A stretch of 47,888 nucleotides of DNA. It comes from a virus. Lineage: Duplodnaviria; Heunggongvirae; Uroviricota; Caudoviricetes. Positions 36,144 through 45,038 of this stretch are shown one piece after another (the first letter of the stretch is position 1; each line of letters starts with the position of its first letter). A program made the translations under genes and the position numbers. The notes under the pieces were generated by a model. The model ran no database searches, was not told the origin of the DNA, and worked only from the letters and a program-made list of their open reading frames with translations. The stretch lies in IMG/VR virus record IMGVR_UViG_2718218397_000005, one strand, 5' to 3'.

Positions 36144-37069
36144 AAATCCACCCCGTAAATCCAGTCAGTGTTTGTCAGGTCGAGTTTTGGTTTGCTGGCT
36201 ATCATGCCTGCCTGTTGCTTGTTACGGTTGATTTCGAGTTGGGTCCACTTGTCGCGGAGTTTGGCCGGACTTAGCACGTTACCGGACCAGAAGTTGTCCT
36301 GGCATGCCCAGCGGAAAAGCACGCACATGTCGCGGTGGTTACGTCCGTCACGTTCACGCATCAGGCGGATATCGTTAGCCCACCCTGCAAAATTCGGTTT
36401 TCTGGCTGATGGTGCGATGGTCTTCACCATGTCAAACATCCACTCTGCGGCGGTCAGGTCTTCTGCTGTCCCCCACTTGCTGCCGCTCTGAATTGCAGCA
36501 TCTGGTTTCACCACAGGAAGATCGTTTTCTGGTTGGTCAGAGGATTCGCCAGAATTCTCGGACGAAAAAGGTTTTATATTGTCTTTTGTTAGTTTGTCTT
36601 TTGTGTTTACCTGATTCGGGTAAACGCCTTTACCTGATTTGGGTAAACTTTTCTTACCTGATTCAGGTAAATTTACCTCTTTCAGGTAAACTTTATTTTT
36701 CTTACCTGATTCGGGTAATGTTGACCATTCACTGACCACATTATTAATACCGATATTCCGCCCGCTCTGAATCAAAATCCCACGCTTTACCAGAACACTT
36801 TTTGCAGCAGAACATTTGTGCGGTAATATCCCGGTCAATCCGGACAGTTGCTCGTTGCTCACCCAATCCAGTTTTTTATTAAAGCCATATGTTTTGCGCA
36901 TGACAGCCAGGAAGACCAGAAGCTGGTGCTGTGTTAATCCGGCCAGCATCACAGCTTCCAGCAACTCATTTGCAATGCGCGTATAACCATCATCGAGATC
37001 TGCCACGCGCGGCTCCTTTTGTGCCGCATCCGGCACTGGAAAATTGAATATCTCAGCAGTGTTTGCCAT
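36140..37069 (-). CDS. O: Replication initiator O
   Basis: ORF 36140-37159; probable start MANTAEIFNFPVPDAAQKEP.. preceded by GGGAGG SD; central LPESGKK repeats encoded by ori iterons; C-terminal P-interaction region. Confidence 0.8.
   Translation of the reverse strand: MANTAEIFNFPVPDAAQKEPRVADLDDGYTRIANELLEAVMLAGLTQHQLLVFLAVMRKTYGFNKKLDWVSNEQLSGLTGILPHKCSAAKSVLVKRGILIQSGRNIGINNVVSEWSTLPESGKKNKVYLKEVNLPESGKKSLPKSGKGVYPNQVNTKDKLTKDNIKPFSSENSGESSDQPENDLPVVKPDAAIQSGSKWGTAEDLTAAEWMFDMVKTIAPSARKPNFAGWANDIRLMRERDGRNHRDMCVLFRWACQDNFWSGNVLSPAKLRDKWTQLEINRNKQQAGMIASKPKLDLTNTDWIYGVDL
36607..36720. other. Origin of replication iterons (ori-lambda type) within O
   Basis: Five ~18-bp iterons TACCTGATTCGGGTAAAC and variants at 36607, 36631, 36655, 36674 and 36703, each an internal inverted repeat; AT-rich stretch follows. 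Confidence 0.8.
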
Positions 37070-37155
37070 AATTCCTCCCGCAATGAGTGTGTTACGATTT
37101 GCACCTGAAAGTCGGTTCTGTTCCCGCAGACCGACTTTCGCCATTTTTGAACCTG

Positions 37156-37701
37156 TCATATTGCCCCCAGCATGGTGGTGACCATCGCCATCAATGGACC
37201 AGCCAGATCCGGGTCCACTCGAAACATCGACACAATGCCTTCACTCATCTCCTTCAGTTTCTGGTGGCGTGGTGCGTTGAGAATGACCGCCTGCTTTGCC
37301 TCACAGAGTTCCTTTTCCATTTCAGCCAGCCGAGCCATGAAGCTATCCTGCTCAACCAGGTGGCCGCGATATTCCAGCGGTAGTACCGCCAGAATTGCCG
37401 GGGTCAGTTCACGCACGTTATTTCGGTATTTTTCAGAATCGAATTTGTTATCGAGGAAGCGGAACAGCTTCTGGCGTGCACGGCTGACATCATCAGGGAA
37501 ATCGATGGTGCCGCCGCCCTGCTCCCGATACTCATTCACAATGAGTGCGGCAACAACATCCTGATTATCTGCAGCCGACCAGGCGCGAACGGCATCACGG
37601 ATTTTTTCGTGGCCTGGCACCTGTTTTATTTGAGAACGATTTATCACCGCAGTCGGGCTAAATCCGCTAGTCTGTTGGTATGTAAGTGGTTGCATAATCA
37701 T
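37156..37701 (-). CDS. YdaT-like protein in the cII position
   Basis: 181-aa ORF; ..NEYREQGGGTIDFPDD.. and ..LTPAILAVLPLEYRGHL.. resemble remembered Rac YdaT segments; directly downstream of cro-like gene. Confidence 0.5.
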   Translation of the reverse strand: MIMQPLTYQQTSGFSPTAVINRSQIKQVPGHEKIRDAVRAWSAADNQDVVAALIVNEYREQGGGTIDFPDDVSRARQKLFRFLDNKFDSEKYRNNVRELTPAILAVLPLEYRGHLVEQDSFMARLAEMEKELCEAKQAVILNAPRHQKLKEMSEGIVSMFRVDPDLAGPLMAMVTTMLGAI

Positions 37702-37725
37702 TGCCTTATCAGTTAACGCCGCAGT

Positions 37726-37959
37726 TTAGGCGGCAGAATTACTCGCGTTAAACAATGGTGCAAGGTCGGGACGAATATCTGCTGGTTTAATCTTTCCACC
37801 AGTGGCTGAGACAATTTTCATTACATAGCGGGCATCAATTCCGCCACCGTGTAGCCAACGCCAAACAGTGGGCTGGGCTACACCGCATAGATCTGCCAGT
37901 CGTTTTTGACTACCTGTAATACTGATTGCGAGTTGAATGGTTTGATTTGTCATTATCAA
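37726..37959 (-). CDS. Cro-like HTH regulator (YdaS/Cro family)
   Basis: 77-aa ORF with HTH (..KRLADLCGVAQPTVWRWLHGGG..); divergent from cI across an operator-rich intergenic region. Confidence 0.75.
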   Translation of the reverse strand: MIMTNQTIQLAISITGSQKRLADLCGVAQPTVWRWLHGGGIDARYVMKIVSATGGKIKPADIRPDLAPLFNASNSAA

Positions 37960-37984
37960 TTCCTATTGGTATTACAATGAATGG

Positions 37985-38063
37985 ATAATAGCAATGCGTA
38001 TTAACCCAATCAATAGCAAAACGTGTTTTGACCATCAATACGCAAGCGTATAAATTAAAACTT
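37985..38063. promoter_or_regulatory. OR operator region with divergent pR / pRM promoters
   Basis: Dyad elements TAATAgcaatgcgTATTA, ATCAATAgcaaaacg and TACGCAAGCGTA; pRM-like -35 TTGACC (38028-38033) and -10 TAAATT (38051-38056) placing the start at the cI ATG (leaderless). Confidence 0.55.
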
Positions 38064-38756
38064 ATGAAAAAAGAAACTCTTGCTGATCGCTTAAACCTAG
38101 CGATGGAACAATCTGGAATGTCTCAAGGCGCTCTTGCAAAGGCGTCTGGCGTAGCTCAACCCACAATCTGGAGACTGACAAGCGGCAACGCACGCGGCTC
38201 AACAAAAATTGTTGAAATAGCTAATGCATTGGGTGTTCGAACAGAGTGGCTCTCATCAGGCATAGGCCCGATGAGAAATGACGGTCAACAATCAGGGAAG
38301 CCTGCTGCCAACCATCCCAAATACTTCAAGATTGACGTTCTTGATATAGAAGTGAGTGCCGGGCCGGGAGTCATCAACCGTGAGTTTGTAGAAGTTCTAC
38401 GCTCGGTTGAGTACTCGTTTGACGATGCTCGTCACATGTTCGATGGCAGGAAGGCAGAAAATATCCGCATCATTAACGTACGCGGTGACAGCATGTCAGG
38501 AACGATCGAACCAGGTGATCTTCTGTTCGTTGATATCACTGTTAAATCTTTCGACGGTGATGGTATCTATGCGTTTCTGTATGACGACACAGCCCATGTT
38601 AAGCGCCTGCAAATGATGAAGGATAAACTGCTGGTTATCTCTGATAACAAGAGCTACTCACCGTGGGACCCAATCGAGAAAGACGAGATGAACCGGGTGT
38701 TTATCTTCGGGAAAGTTATTGGGAGCATGCCGCAAACATACAGGAAACATGGATAA
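38064..38756 (+). CDS. cI: CI-type repressor (HTH_XRE plus S24 LexA-like autoprotease domain)
   Basis: ORF 38028-38756 from TTG; probable start MKKETLADRLNLAMEQSGMSQGALAKASGVAQPTIWRL..; C-terminal peptidase S24 motifs (..RGDSMSGTIEPGDLLFVD.., ..HVKRLQ..). Confidence 0.85.
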   Translation: MKKETLADRLNLAMEQSGMSQGALAKASGVAQPTIWRLTSGNARGSTKIVEIANALGVRTEWLSSGIGPMRNDGQQSGKPAANHPKYFKIDVLDIEVSAGPGVINREFVEVLRSVEYSFDDARHMFDGRKAENIRIINVRGDSMSGTIEPGDLLFVDITVKSFDGDGIYAFLYDDTAHVKRLQMMKDKLLVISDNKSYSPWDPIEKDEMNRVFIFGKVIGSMPQTYRKHG

Positions 38757-38836
38757 TCAATAATAGCCTGATTAGACATTTGGGTGATGAGAGAGGCTGC
38801 AGAAACGCAGCCTGATTCTAAAATGGGATATAAAAA

Positions 38837-39298
38837 ATGAGAATACTAGGTGTTAGGGCGGCGCCCAAAGTTACATCTTTTGTTGTATATTGCACTGATG
38901 AGTCTGCACTCAAATGTGTTGATGTTATTAAAATACCTTCGACCTTAGACACACCAGAAAAATTAAAGTATGTGCGAAATAACATCCTCGACATTCTTAA
39001 TTTATATAATGTTGAATTAGCTGCTATACGCGTTACTGAATCAAACTCTGATAATCTTAGCATTGACCGCCTTTATATAGAAGCTGTTATTCAAGAAGCA
39101 TTTTCAAGCAGTGATGTAAGAAGATATTACACCATTAGAAAATCTGGTATGAAGTCATCATTGAACCTAACAGAGATCGAGTATAAAGAAATATTGAAGT
39201 CACACCGTAATATAAATGGAATCGATAATTCTGGTTTTACAACTGAAACAAATGAAGCTGTTTTGGCTGCACTATCTGCGGAGGTAAGGGGATGCTGA
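38837..39298 (+). CDS. Hypothetical protein, first gene of a cI-linked cassette (rexA position)
   Basis: 153-aa ORF MRILGVRAAPKVTSFVVYCTDESALKCVDVIKIPSTLDT...; AT-rich; 7-nt overlap with the kinase gene. Confidence 0.55.
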   Translation: MRILGVRAAPKVTSFVVYCTDESALKCVDVIKIPSTLDTPEKLKYVRNNILDILNLYNVELAAIRVTESNSDNLSIDRLYIEAVIQEAFSSSDVRRYYTIRKSGMKSSLNLTEIEYKEILKSHRNINGIDNSGFTTETNEAVLAALSAEVRGC

Positions 39299-40338
39299 CT
39301 CCATACAAAAGAGCTGATGTAGCATTCGAATGGATTCGTGATCTAGAAGAACAGGGTTGTTTTTCAAAAGTATATCTGGCTCATGACAGACACCTAGCTC
39401 ATGACTTGGTGATTAAAGAAATAGAAAAAAAAGAAAACATTAACCACGACGACTACTTTAATGAAGCAAGGCTTCTCTATAAACATGCACATCCAAATAT
39501 TGTGCAAGTTCAGTATGCTGCTCAATGTGAGAGCAATATCTATATAGCCATGCCATTTTATCATAATGGTTCGCTAAACCAATTAATAAAAAAGATTAAT
39601 CTTACGAGCAGGGAGATAATACGGTATTCTATTCAATTTTTAAGTGGGCTTTATCATATACACTCAAAAGGTCTTATGCATTTTGATATAAAACCTAATA
39701 ACATCATGATATCAAACAGAAATGAGGCCATGCTATCTGACTTTGGATTGTCTCAGTTAGTCAATGAGGAATCGAGAGCTGCGCCTGAGTTTGGATATCA
39801 TTTTCATGTGCCACCGGAATATTTTTCTTTATCAACAAATGATTATAATTTCACATATGACATATATCAGGCAGGATTAACCATATATAGAATGTGTGTT
39901 GGATATGATAATTTTGAAAGAGAAAGATCTGCATTTAGAACGATTGAACAACTCAGAGAGTCGATAATTAATGGCTCCTATCCATTAAAAGAGTATCCTT
40001 CCCACATACATAAAAAATTGATAACAATAGTAAACAAATGCATTCATGTAGATCCAAATGAAAGATATCAATCCGTACTAGACGTACTAAACGATCTCTC
40101 AGCTATAAGTGATGGCGTTCTTGACTGGCGTCTACAGATGACAAAACCAACTAACGGCACATATGAATGGCAAAAAAAGTCTGGGGACGTTATACTGTCT
40201 ATAGTTTTTGACGCAGAAAATTCGTCTACTACTGGTTTTCGTTTATACGATGGTGGGCGGAAAAGGCGTGCTACGAACTTAACAATATCCTCAGGATGTA
40301 CCCCTACAAAACTGTATAGGTTATTAAAGGATAACTGA
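39292..40338 (+). CDS. stk: Eukaryotic-like (Hanks-type) protein kinase
   Basis: 348-aa ORF with beta3 Lys (LVIKEI), catalytic loop HFDIKPNN, DFG motif (LSDFGLS) and PPEYF activation-segment motif. Confidence 0.8.
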   Translation: MLTPYKRADVAFEWIRDLEEQGCFSKVYLAHDRHLAHDLVIKEIEKKENINHDDYFNEARLLYKHAHPNIVQVQYAAQCESNIYIAMPFYHNGSLNQLIKKINLTSREIIRYSIQFLSGLYHIHSKGLMHFDIKPNNIMISNRNEAMLSDFGLSQLVNEESRAAPEFGYHFHVPPEYFSLSTNDYNFTYDIYQAGLTIYRMCVGYDNFERERSAFRTIEQLRESIINGSYPLKEYPSHIHKKLITIVNKCIHVDPNERYQSVLDVLNDLSAISDGVLDWRLQMTKPTNGTYEWQKKSGDVILSIVFDAENSSTTGFRLYDGGRKRRATNLTISSGCTPTKLYRLLKDN

Positions 40339-40340
40339 TC

Positions 40341-40505
40341 ATGAAAAAGTGCGAGGAAGTAAGTAAGCTGCCTCGCAGACGTGATGCAGCATTAGCGGTT
40401 CCCTACAAAAAAGATGAGTTCATAAGCTCTTCTGATGACAAAAAATTTTCAAAGGCAAAAAATTTTGCATCTACATCTCTAAAAGATAAATACTTTAAGA
40501 TCTAG
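40341..40505 (+). CDS. Small Lys-rich ORF immediately after the kinase (speculative)
   Basis: Manually translated 54-aa ORF MKKCEEVSKLPRRRDAALAVPYKKDEFISSSDDKKFSKAKNFASTSLKDKYFKI; ATG 2 nt after kinase stop, AAGGA 9 nt upstream; stop abuts the terminator. Confidence 0.35.
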   Translation: MKKCEEVSKLPRRRDAALAVPYKKDEFISSSDDKKFSKAKNFASTSLKDKYFKI

Positions 40506-40532
40506 CCCGGCCACCGTGCCGGGTTTTCTTTT
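40506..40532 (+). terminator. Rho-independent terminator ending the cI-kinase operon
   Basis: Stem CCCGGC (40506-40511) / GCCGGG (40518-40523), 6-nt loop, then TTTTCTTTT. Confidence 0.7.
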
Positions 40533-40654
40533 GTCCCCTCCCCTCATCACACAAACCGTTCGAAAAACCACCACAACCTCCCTTCAGTTATCGCTATGCG
40601 ATGCAAGTCACAAAATTAATTCTTTTTGCTATCAAACAGTTAATATCAAAACAC

Positions 40655-40710
40655 ATCAATCAATAGCAATAAGTATTGATACCACCAATAGCAATAGCTA
40701 TTATCACCAT
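40655..40710 (+). promoter_or_regulatory. Putative OL operators and pL promoter
   Basis: Dyad ATCAATAgcaataagTATTGAT (40659-40680) and palindrome AATAGCTATT (40693-40702) share CAATAGCAA with OR; -35 TTGATA (40676-40681), 17-bp spacer, -10 TATTAT (40699-40704). Confidence 0.5.
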
Positions 40711-40777
40711 GTCGCAACAACACAACGATACGGCAACCGCCTGATTCACCGTTGCGATGACCGCTTAGATCCGCAGC

Positions 40778-41188
40778 TTGAATTTCGGCAGGCTCCGGGG
40801 AGTGCGAGGGGTGAAACGGACGCGTGAACGTCGGTGTGACCAGCTGAAATCAACTCAACACCTCATACCTCAGTCGCTTCAACGAGGCGGCTTAGTTATG
40901 ACAACCGGCGGCCATCCACCGCCTGAATACGCGCAGAAGTCTCTATATGTTCAGCAGCCCAGCTTACGGGCAGGAGTTTTTATGGTTCATCAACATTATG
41001 GAACGCAGACCGTTAATCGAGGTGCGGTCATGCCAGGAATGCTGGTCAAACACAAAGATGGTACCTGGACTGCATCAGCTAATTTACGCGGACGGCTTTA
41101 TCTGCATCGCGGCATCGAGCGCACTTATACCCGTGATTTGCTCGTGGAAGTTTTTCTCGACGGACGCGGCAACGGCCTGAATCACTAA
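40778..41188 (+). CDS. Hypothetical protein, first ORF downstream of putative pL (N-like antiterminator candidate)
   Basis: 136-aa ORF; Arg-rich N-terminal segment [12 protein letters not shown] reminiscent of N-family RNA-binding motifs; alternative start Met41 (40898) has a GAGG SD; assignment tentative. Confidence 0.35.
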   Translation: MNFGRLRGVRGVKRTRERRCDQLKSTQHLIPQSLQRGGLVMTTGGHPPPEYAQKSLYVQQPSLRAGVFMVHQHYGTQTVNRGAVMPGMLVKHKDGTWTASANLRGRLYLHRGIERTYTRDLLVEVFLDGRGNGLNH

Positions 41189-41263
41189 TCCCCTTTCCTG
41201 TTTACCTAATCAGCCCGGCATTTCGCGGGCGATATATTCACAGCCATTTTCAGGAGTTCAGCC

Positions 41264-41560
41264 ATGAACGCTTATTACATTCAGGATCGTCTTGAGGCTC
41301 AGAGCTGGGCGCGTCATTACCAGCAGATTGCCCGTGAAGAGAAAGAGGCAGAACTGGCAGACGACATGGAAAAAGGTCTTCCACAGCACCTGTTTGAATC
41401 ACTCTGCATCGATCATTTGCAACGCCACGGGGCCAGCAAAAAAGCCATTACCCGTGCGTTTGATGACGATGTTGAGTTTCAGGAGCGCATGGCAGAACAC
41501 ATCCGGTACATGGTTGAAACCATTGCTCACCACCAGGTTGATATTGATTCAGAGGTATAA
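41264..41560 (+). CDS. gam: Gam (RecBCD inhibitor), short GamS-length form
   Basis: 98-aa [45 protein letters not shown]...; AGGAG SD 9 nt upstream; in-frame stop 19 codons upstream. Confidence 0.85.
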   Translation: MNAYYIQDRLEAQSWARHYQQIAREEKEAELADDMEKGLPQHLFESLCIDHLQRHGASKKAITRAFDDDVEFQERMAEHIRYMVETIAHHQVDIDSEV

Positions 41561-41565
41561 AACGG

Positions 41566-42351
41566 ATGAGTACAGCACTCGCAACGCTGGCAGGGAAGCT
41601 GGCTGAACGTGTCGGCATGGATTCTGTCGACCCACAGGAACTGATCACCACTCTTCGCCAGACGGCATTTAAAGGTGATGCCAGCGATGCGCAGTTCATC
41701 GCATTGTTGATCGTCGCCAACCAGTACGGCCTTAATCCGTGGACGAAAGAAATTTACGCCTTCCCTGATAAGCAGAACGGCATCGTTCCGGTGGTGGGCG
41801 TTGATGGCTGGTCCCGCATCATCAATGAAAACCAGCAGTTTGATGGCATGGACTTTGAGCAGGACAATGAATCCTGTACATGCCGGATTTACCGCAAGGA
41901 CCGTAATCATCCGATCTGCGTTACCGAATGGATGGATGAATGCCGCCGCGAACCATTCAAAACTCGCGAAGGCAGAGAAATCACGGGGCCGTGGCAGTCG
42001 CATCCCAAACGGATGTTACGGCATAAAGCCATGATTCAGTGTGCCCGTCTGGCCTTCGGATTTGCTGGTATCTATGACAAGGATGAAGCCGAGCGCATTG
42101 TCGAAAATACTGCATACACTGCAGAACGTCAGCCAGAACGCGACATCACTCCGGTTAACGATGAAACCATGCAGGAGATTAACACTCTGCTGATCGCCCT
42201 AGATAAAACATGGGATGACGACTTATTGCCGCTCTGTTCCCAGATATTTCGCCGCGACATTCGTGCATCGTCAGAACTGACACAGGCCGAAGCAGTGAAA
42301 GCTCTTGGATTCCTGAAACAAAAAGCCACTGAGCAGAAGGTGGCAGCATGA
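41566..42351 (+). CDS. bet: Bet (Red-beta single-strand annealing recombinase)
   Basis: 261-aa [41 protein letters not shown]..., lambda Bet-like. Confidence 0.9.
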   Translation: MSTALATLAGKLAERVGMDSVDPQELITTLRQTAFKGDASDAQFIALLIVANQYGLNPWTKEIYAFPDKQNGIVPVVGVDGWSRIINENQQFDGMDFEQDNESCTCRIYRKDRNHPICVTEWMDECRREPFKTREGREITGPWQSHPKRMLRHKAMIQCARLAFGFAGIYDKDEAERIVENTAYTAERQPERDITPVNDETMQEINTLLIALDKTWDDDLLPLCSQIFRRDIRASSELTQAEAVKALGFLKQKATEQKVAA

Positions 42352-43028
42352 CACCGGACATTATCCTGCAGCGTACCGGGATCGACGTGAGAGCTGTCGA
42401 GCAGGGGGATGATGCGTGGCACAAATTACGGCTCGGCGTCATCACAGCTTCAGAAGTTCACAACGTGATAGCAAAACCCCGCTCCGGAAAGAAATGGCCT
42501 GACATGAAAATGTCCTACTTCCACACCCTGCTGGCTGAGGTTTGCACCGGTGTGGCTCCGGAAGTTAATTCTAAGGCGCTGGCCTGGGGAAAACAGTACG
42601 AGAACGACGCCAGAACTCTGTTTGAATTCACTTCCGGCGTGAATGTTACTGAATCCCCGATCATCTATCGCGACGAAAGTATGCGCACCGCCTGCTCTCC
42701 CGATGGTTTATGCAGTGACGGCAATGGCCTTGAGCTGAAATGCCCGTTTACCTCCCGGGATTTCATGAAGTTCCGGCTCGGTGGTTTCGAGGCCATAAAA
42801 TCGGCTTACATGGCCCAGGTGCAGTACAGCATGTGGGTGACACGAAAAGATGCCTGGTACTTTGCCAACTATGACCCGCGCATGAAGCGTGAAGGCCTGC
42901 ATTATGTCGTGATTGAGCGGAATGAAAAGTATATGGCGAGTTTTGACGAGATGGTGCCGGAGTTCATCGAAAAAATGGACGAGGCACTGGCTGAAATTGG
43001 TTTTGTATTTGGGGAGCAATGGCGATGA
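42348..43028 (+). CDS. exo: Exo (lambda exonuclease, Red-alpha)
   Basis: 226-aa [43 protein letters not shown]..., lambda Exo-like. Confidence 0.9.
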   Translation: MTPDIILQRTGIDVRAVEQGDDAWHKLRLGVITASEVHNVIAKPRSGKKWPDMKMSYFHTLLAEVCTGVAPEVNSKALAWGKQYENDARTLFEFTSGVNVTESPIIYRDESMRTACSPDGLCSDGNGLELKCPFTSRDFMKFRLGGFEAIKSAYMAQVQYSMWVTRKDAWYFANYDPRMKREGLHYVVIERNEKYMASFDEMVPEFIEKMDEALAEIGFVFGEQWR

Positions 43029-43183
43029 CGCATCCTCACGATAATATCCGGGTAGGCGCGATCACTTTCGTCTACTCCGTTACAAAGCGAGGCTGGGTAT
43101 TTCCCGGGCTTTCTGTTATCCGAAATCCGCTGAAAGCCCAGCGGCTGGCTGAGGAGATAAATAATAAACGGGAGGCGGTATGA
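43025..43183 (+). CDS. Small hypothetical protein (lambda small-orf-like)
   Basis: Manually translated 52-aa [55 protein letters not shown]; ATG overlaps exo stop, stop overlaps next gene start. Confidence 0.4.
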   Translation: MTHPHDNIRVGAITFVYSVTKRGWVFPGLSVIRNPLKAQRLAEEINNKREAV

Positions 43184-44424
43184 ACGAGGCAGCAATAATT
43201 ATTGTCCCAACAGACATCAGCAAGAAAATTCGCGAAATAGAAGAGTCCTACAACAGATATATAAATGAATTTCGCATCCCTAATGATCATAAGATAATCG
43301 TGAATTATTCAGCAGGAAAAGACAGCACTGCCACACTCGCAGTGGCGCACACATTATTCGGCAAACAGGTACATGCTGTTATGGCAGACACGGATAATGA
43401 GCATAATCTAACTGTCGAATTCGCCAGGAGCATTCATGAGCAGATCGGTTGTAGCCCTGTGCAGGTTGTGAAGCGGATTTACACTGAAGAAGATTTTGCC
43501 AAACGACGAATTTATCTGCAAAAAAACTGGTCTAAACGACAGATGCTCCGCATGGGAGCATACCGTGGCATAGTCATGCCTTCCCTCGCACGTTCTGACA
43601 CCAAATTCGGGCAAGCCTGGAAGCGCACAGCAGAACGCTGGGGAATTGAGTTCGAAACTGCTCTTGATGCTGCGCTTTCCGTTATGCACCCATCCGGTAA
43701 TAGCTTTTTGGATTGCTCCCTTCTGCATGGCAAGTTCCCTATGCTGCGCGACCGATTCTGTACAGACGAACTGAAAATTCAGATAGCTTTCGACGCAGCC
43801 ATAAAGCCGCTCCTTGATGCTGGCGATGTTATCGTACAATGGTCTGGTGTTCGCGCGGATGAGTCCTCTAAGCACGCTGGATATGAGAGGTTTTCCCGCG
43901 ATATGCGCGACGCCGATTTTCTCTACAACTTCCTGCCGCTCCACAAATGGACGGCTGAGGACGTATTCGCAGTTCACAAATATTTCGGAATTAAGCCAAA
44001 TCCACTTTATATGCAAGGTGCGTCTCGTGTTGGCTGCATGAATTGCGTGCTATGCAACAAAGAGGAAATTGCAGAGACGGCTGCGCGCTGGCCAGAGCAC
44101 ATCAAAAAGCACAAACAATGGGAGTTGAAGGTACGCCTTGCTAGTAGATGGGTACACTGGATGAGCGTAGGAGAGATAAGCCAACGCTGGATGAAACAGT
44201 TCAATCTGCCACTTGGTCGAAATATTCAACTTTTTGGGCTAAAACCTGATGTGCAACACATCGACTGGTCAGGATTTTATGGTCCTCGTGGAGATCTTAA
44301 TTCTCCGGGTGTTTATGAAGTCGTAGAGTGGGCAAAAACAGGGCGCGGTGGCAAGGTCTACGATCTTGTAAAAGCAAGTCTCGATATAGAGGTTTGCTCT
44401 TCACGCTACGGTCTGTGCGAATAA
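43180..44424 (+). CDS. PAPS-reductase-like PP-loop ATP pyrophosphatase family protein
   Basis: 414-aa ORF with PP-loop motif (VNYSAGKDST) and later Cys residues (..RVGCMNCVLC..). Confidence 0.7.
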   Translation: MNEAAIIIVPTDISKKIREIEESYNRYINEFRIPNDHKIIVNYSAGKDSTATLAVAHTLFGKQVHAVMADTDNEHNLTVEFARSIHEQIGCSPVQVVKRIYTEEDFAKRRIYLQKNWSKRQMLRMGAYRGIVMPSLARSDTKFGQAWKRTAERWGIEFETALDAALSVMHPSGNSFLDCSLLHGKFPMLRDRFCTDELKIQIAFDAAIKPLLDAGDVIVQWSGVRADESSKHAGYERFSRDMRDADFLYNFLPLHKWTAEDVFAVHKYFGIKPNPLYMQGASRVGCMNCVLCNKEEIAETAARWPEHIKKHKQWELKVRLASRWVHWMSVGEISQRWMKQFNLPLGRNIQLFGLKPDVQHIDWSGFYGPRGDLNSPGVYEVVEWAKTGRGGKVYDLVKASLDIEVCSSRYGLCE

Positions 44425-44435
44425 TACTAAGTTAT

Positions 44436-45038
44436 TTACTCATTATTTTTTGATAATACAACTTTCTGCCAAGTTATCTGGTTACGTTGAAAACTATCTT
44501 TATTTATTGACGTAACTCGCAATGTTTTCAGACCTAACTGAGACGCTAACTCAAGAAGTTCCTCAGTATTAACAACGTTAATGTTTCTATCTGGTTCGGG
44601 AGGTCCTAAGCGCAATGTAATTATCATTCTCCCATTCAATGTTAAAAGATCAGTTAGCGTCTCTAGTGAGATTTTTTGCTCTTTTTTTGAAAGATGCATC
44701 CATACAGCACTGACTAAAATAAGGTCGAACTTTAGATTCATTGCTTTAACACTATGAAGAAAAGGCAATGAATCATCTAACCATATAATATGGTTAGATT
44801 TATAATATGAAGATGCCAAATTTCGCATCTTTTCACTTGGTTCAACAGCTATTACTTTATAACCTAATTCATCTAACGCAGCAGCATCACGGCCGGAACC
44901 TGAACCGACATCCAAAGAGACACCCTTAGATTGTAAAATAAACTCTTCAACATCCTGAAAGATAGAGTAAAAATCAAGTGATATATAATCGGCAAATAAG
45001 CGATCAGCATTATTGTCATAAAACTTCCACGAAGTCAC
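44436..45038 (-). CDS. Class I SAM-dependent methyltransferase (TehB-like architecture)
   Basis: 200-aa ORF with motif I (VSLDVGSGSGRDAAAL) and post-I acidic residue (VIAVEPS); no DPPY/NPPY motif, so probably not an N6/N4 DNA methyltransferase; AT-rich. Confidence 0.7.
   Translation of the reverse strand: MTSWKFYDNNADRLFADYISLDFYSIFQDVEEFILQSKGVSLDVGSGSGRDAAALDELGYKVIAVEPSEKMRNLASSYYKSNHIIWLDDSLPFLHSVKAMNLKFDLILVSAVWMHLSKKEQKISLETLTDLLTLNGRMIITLRLGPPEPDRNINVVNTEELLELASQLGLKTLRVTSINKDSFQRNQITWQKVVLSKNNE

Noticed and set aside
40516-40827. 103-aa plus-strand ORF spanning the putative OL/pL region
   Set aside because: Begins within the terminator and runs across operator/promoter sequence; no RBS; more plausibly non-coding regulatory DNA.
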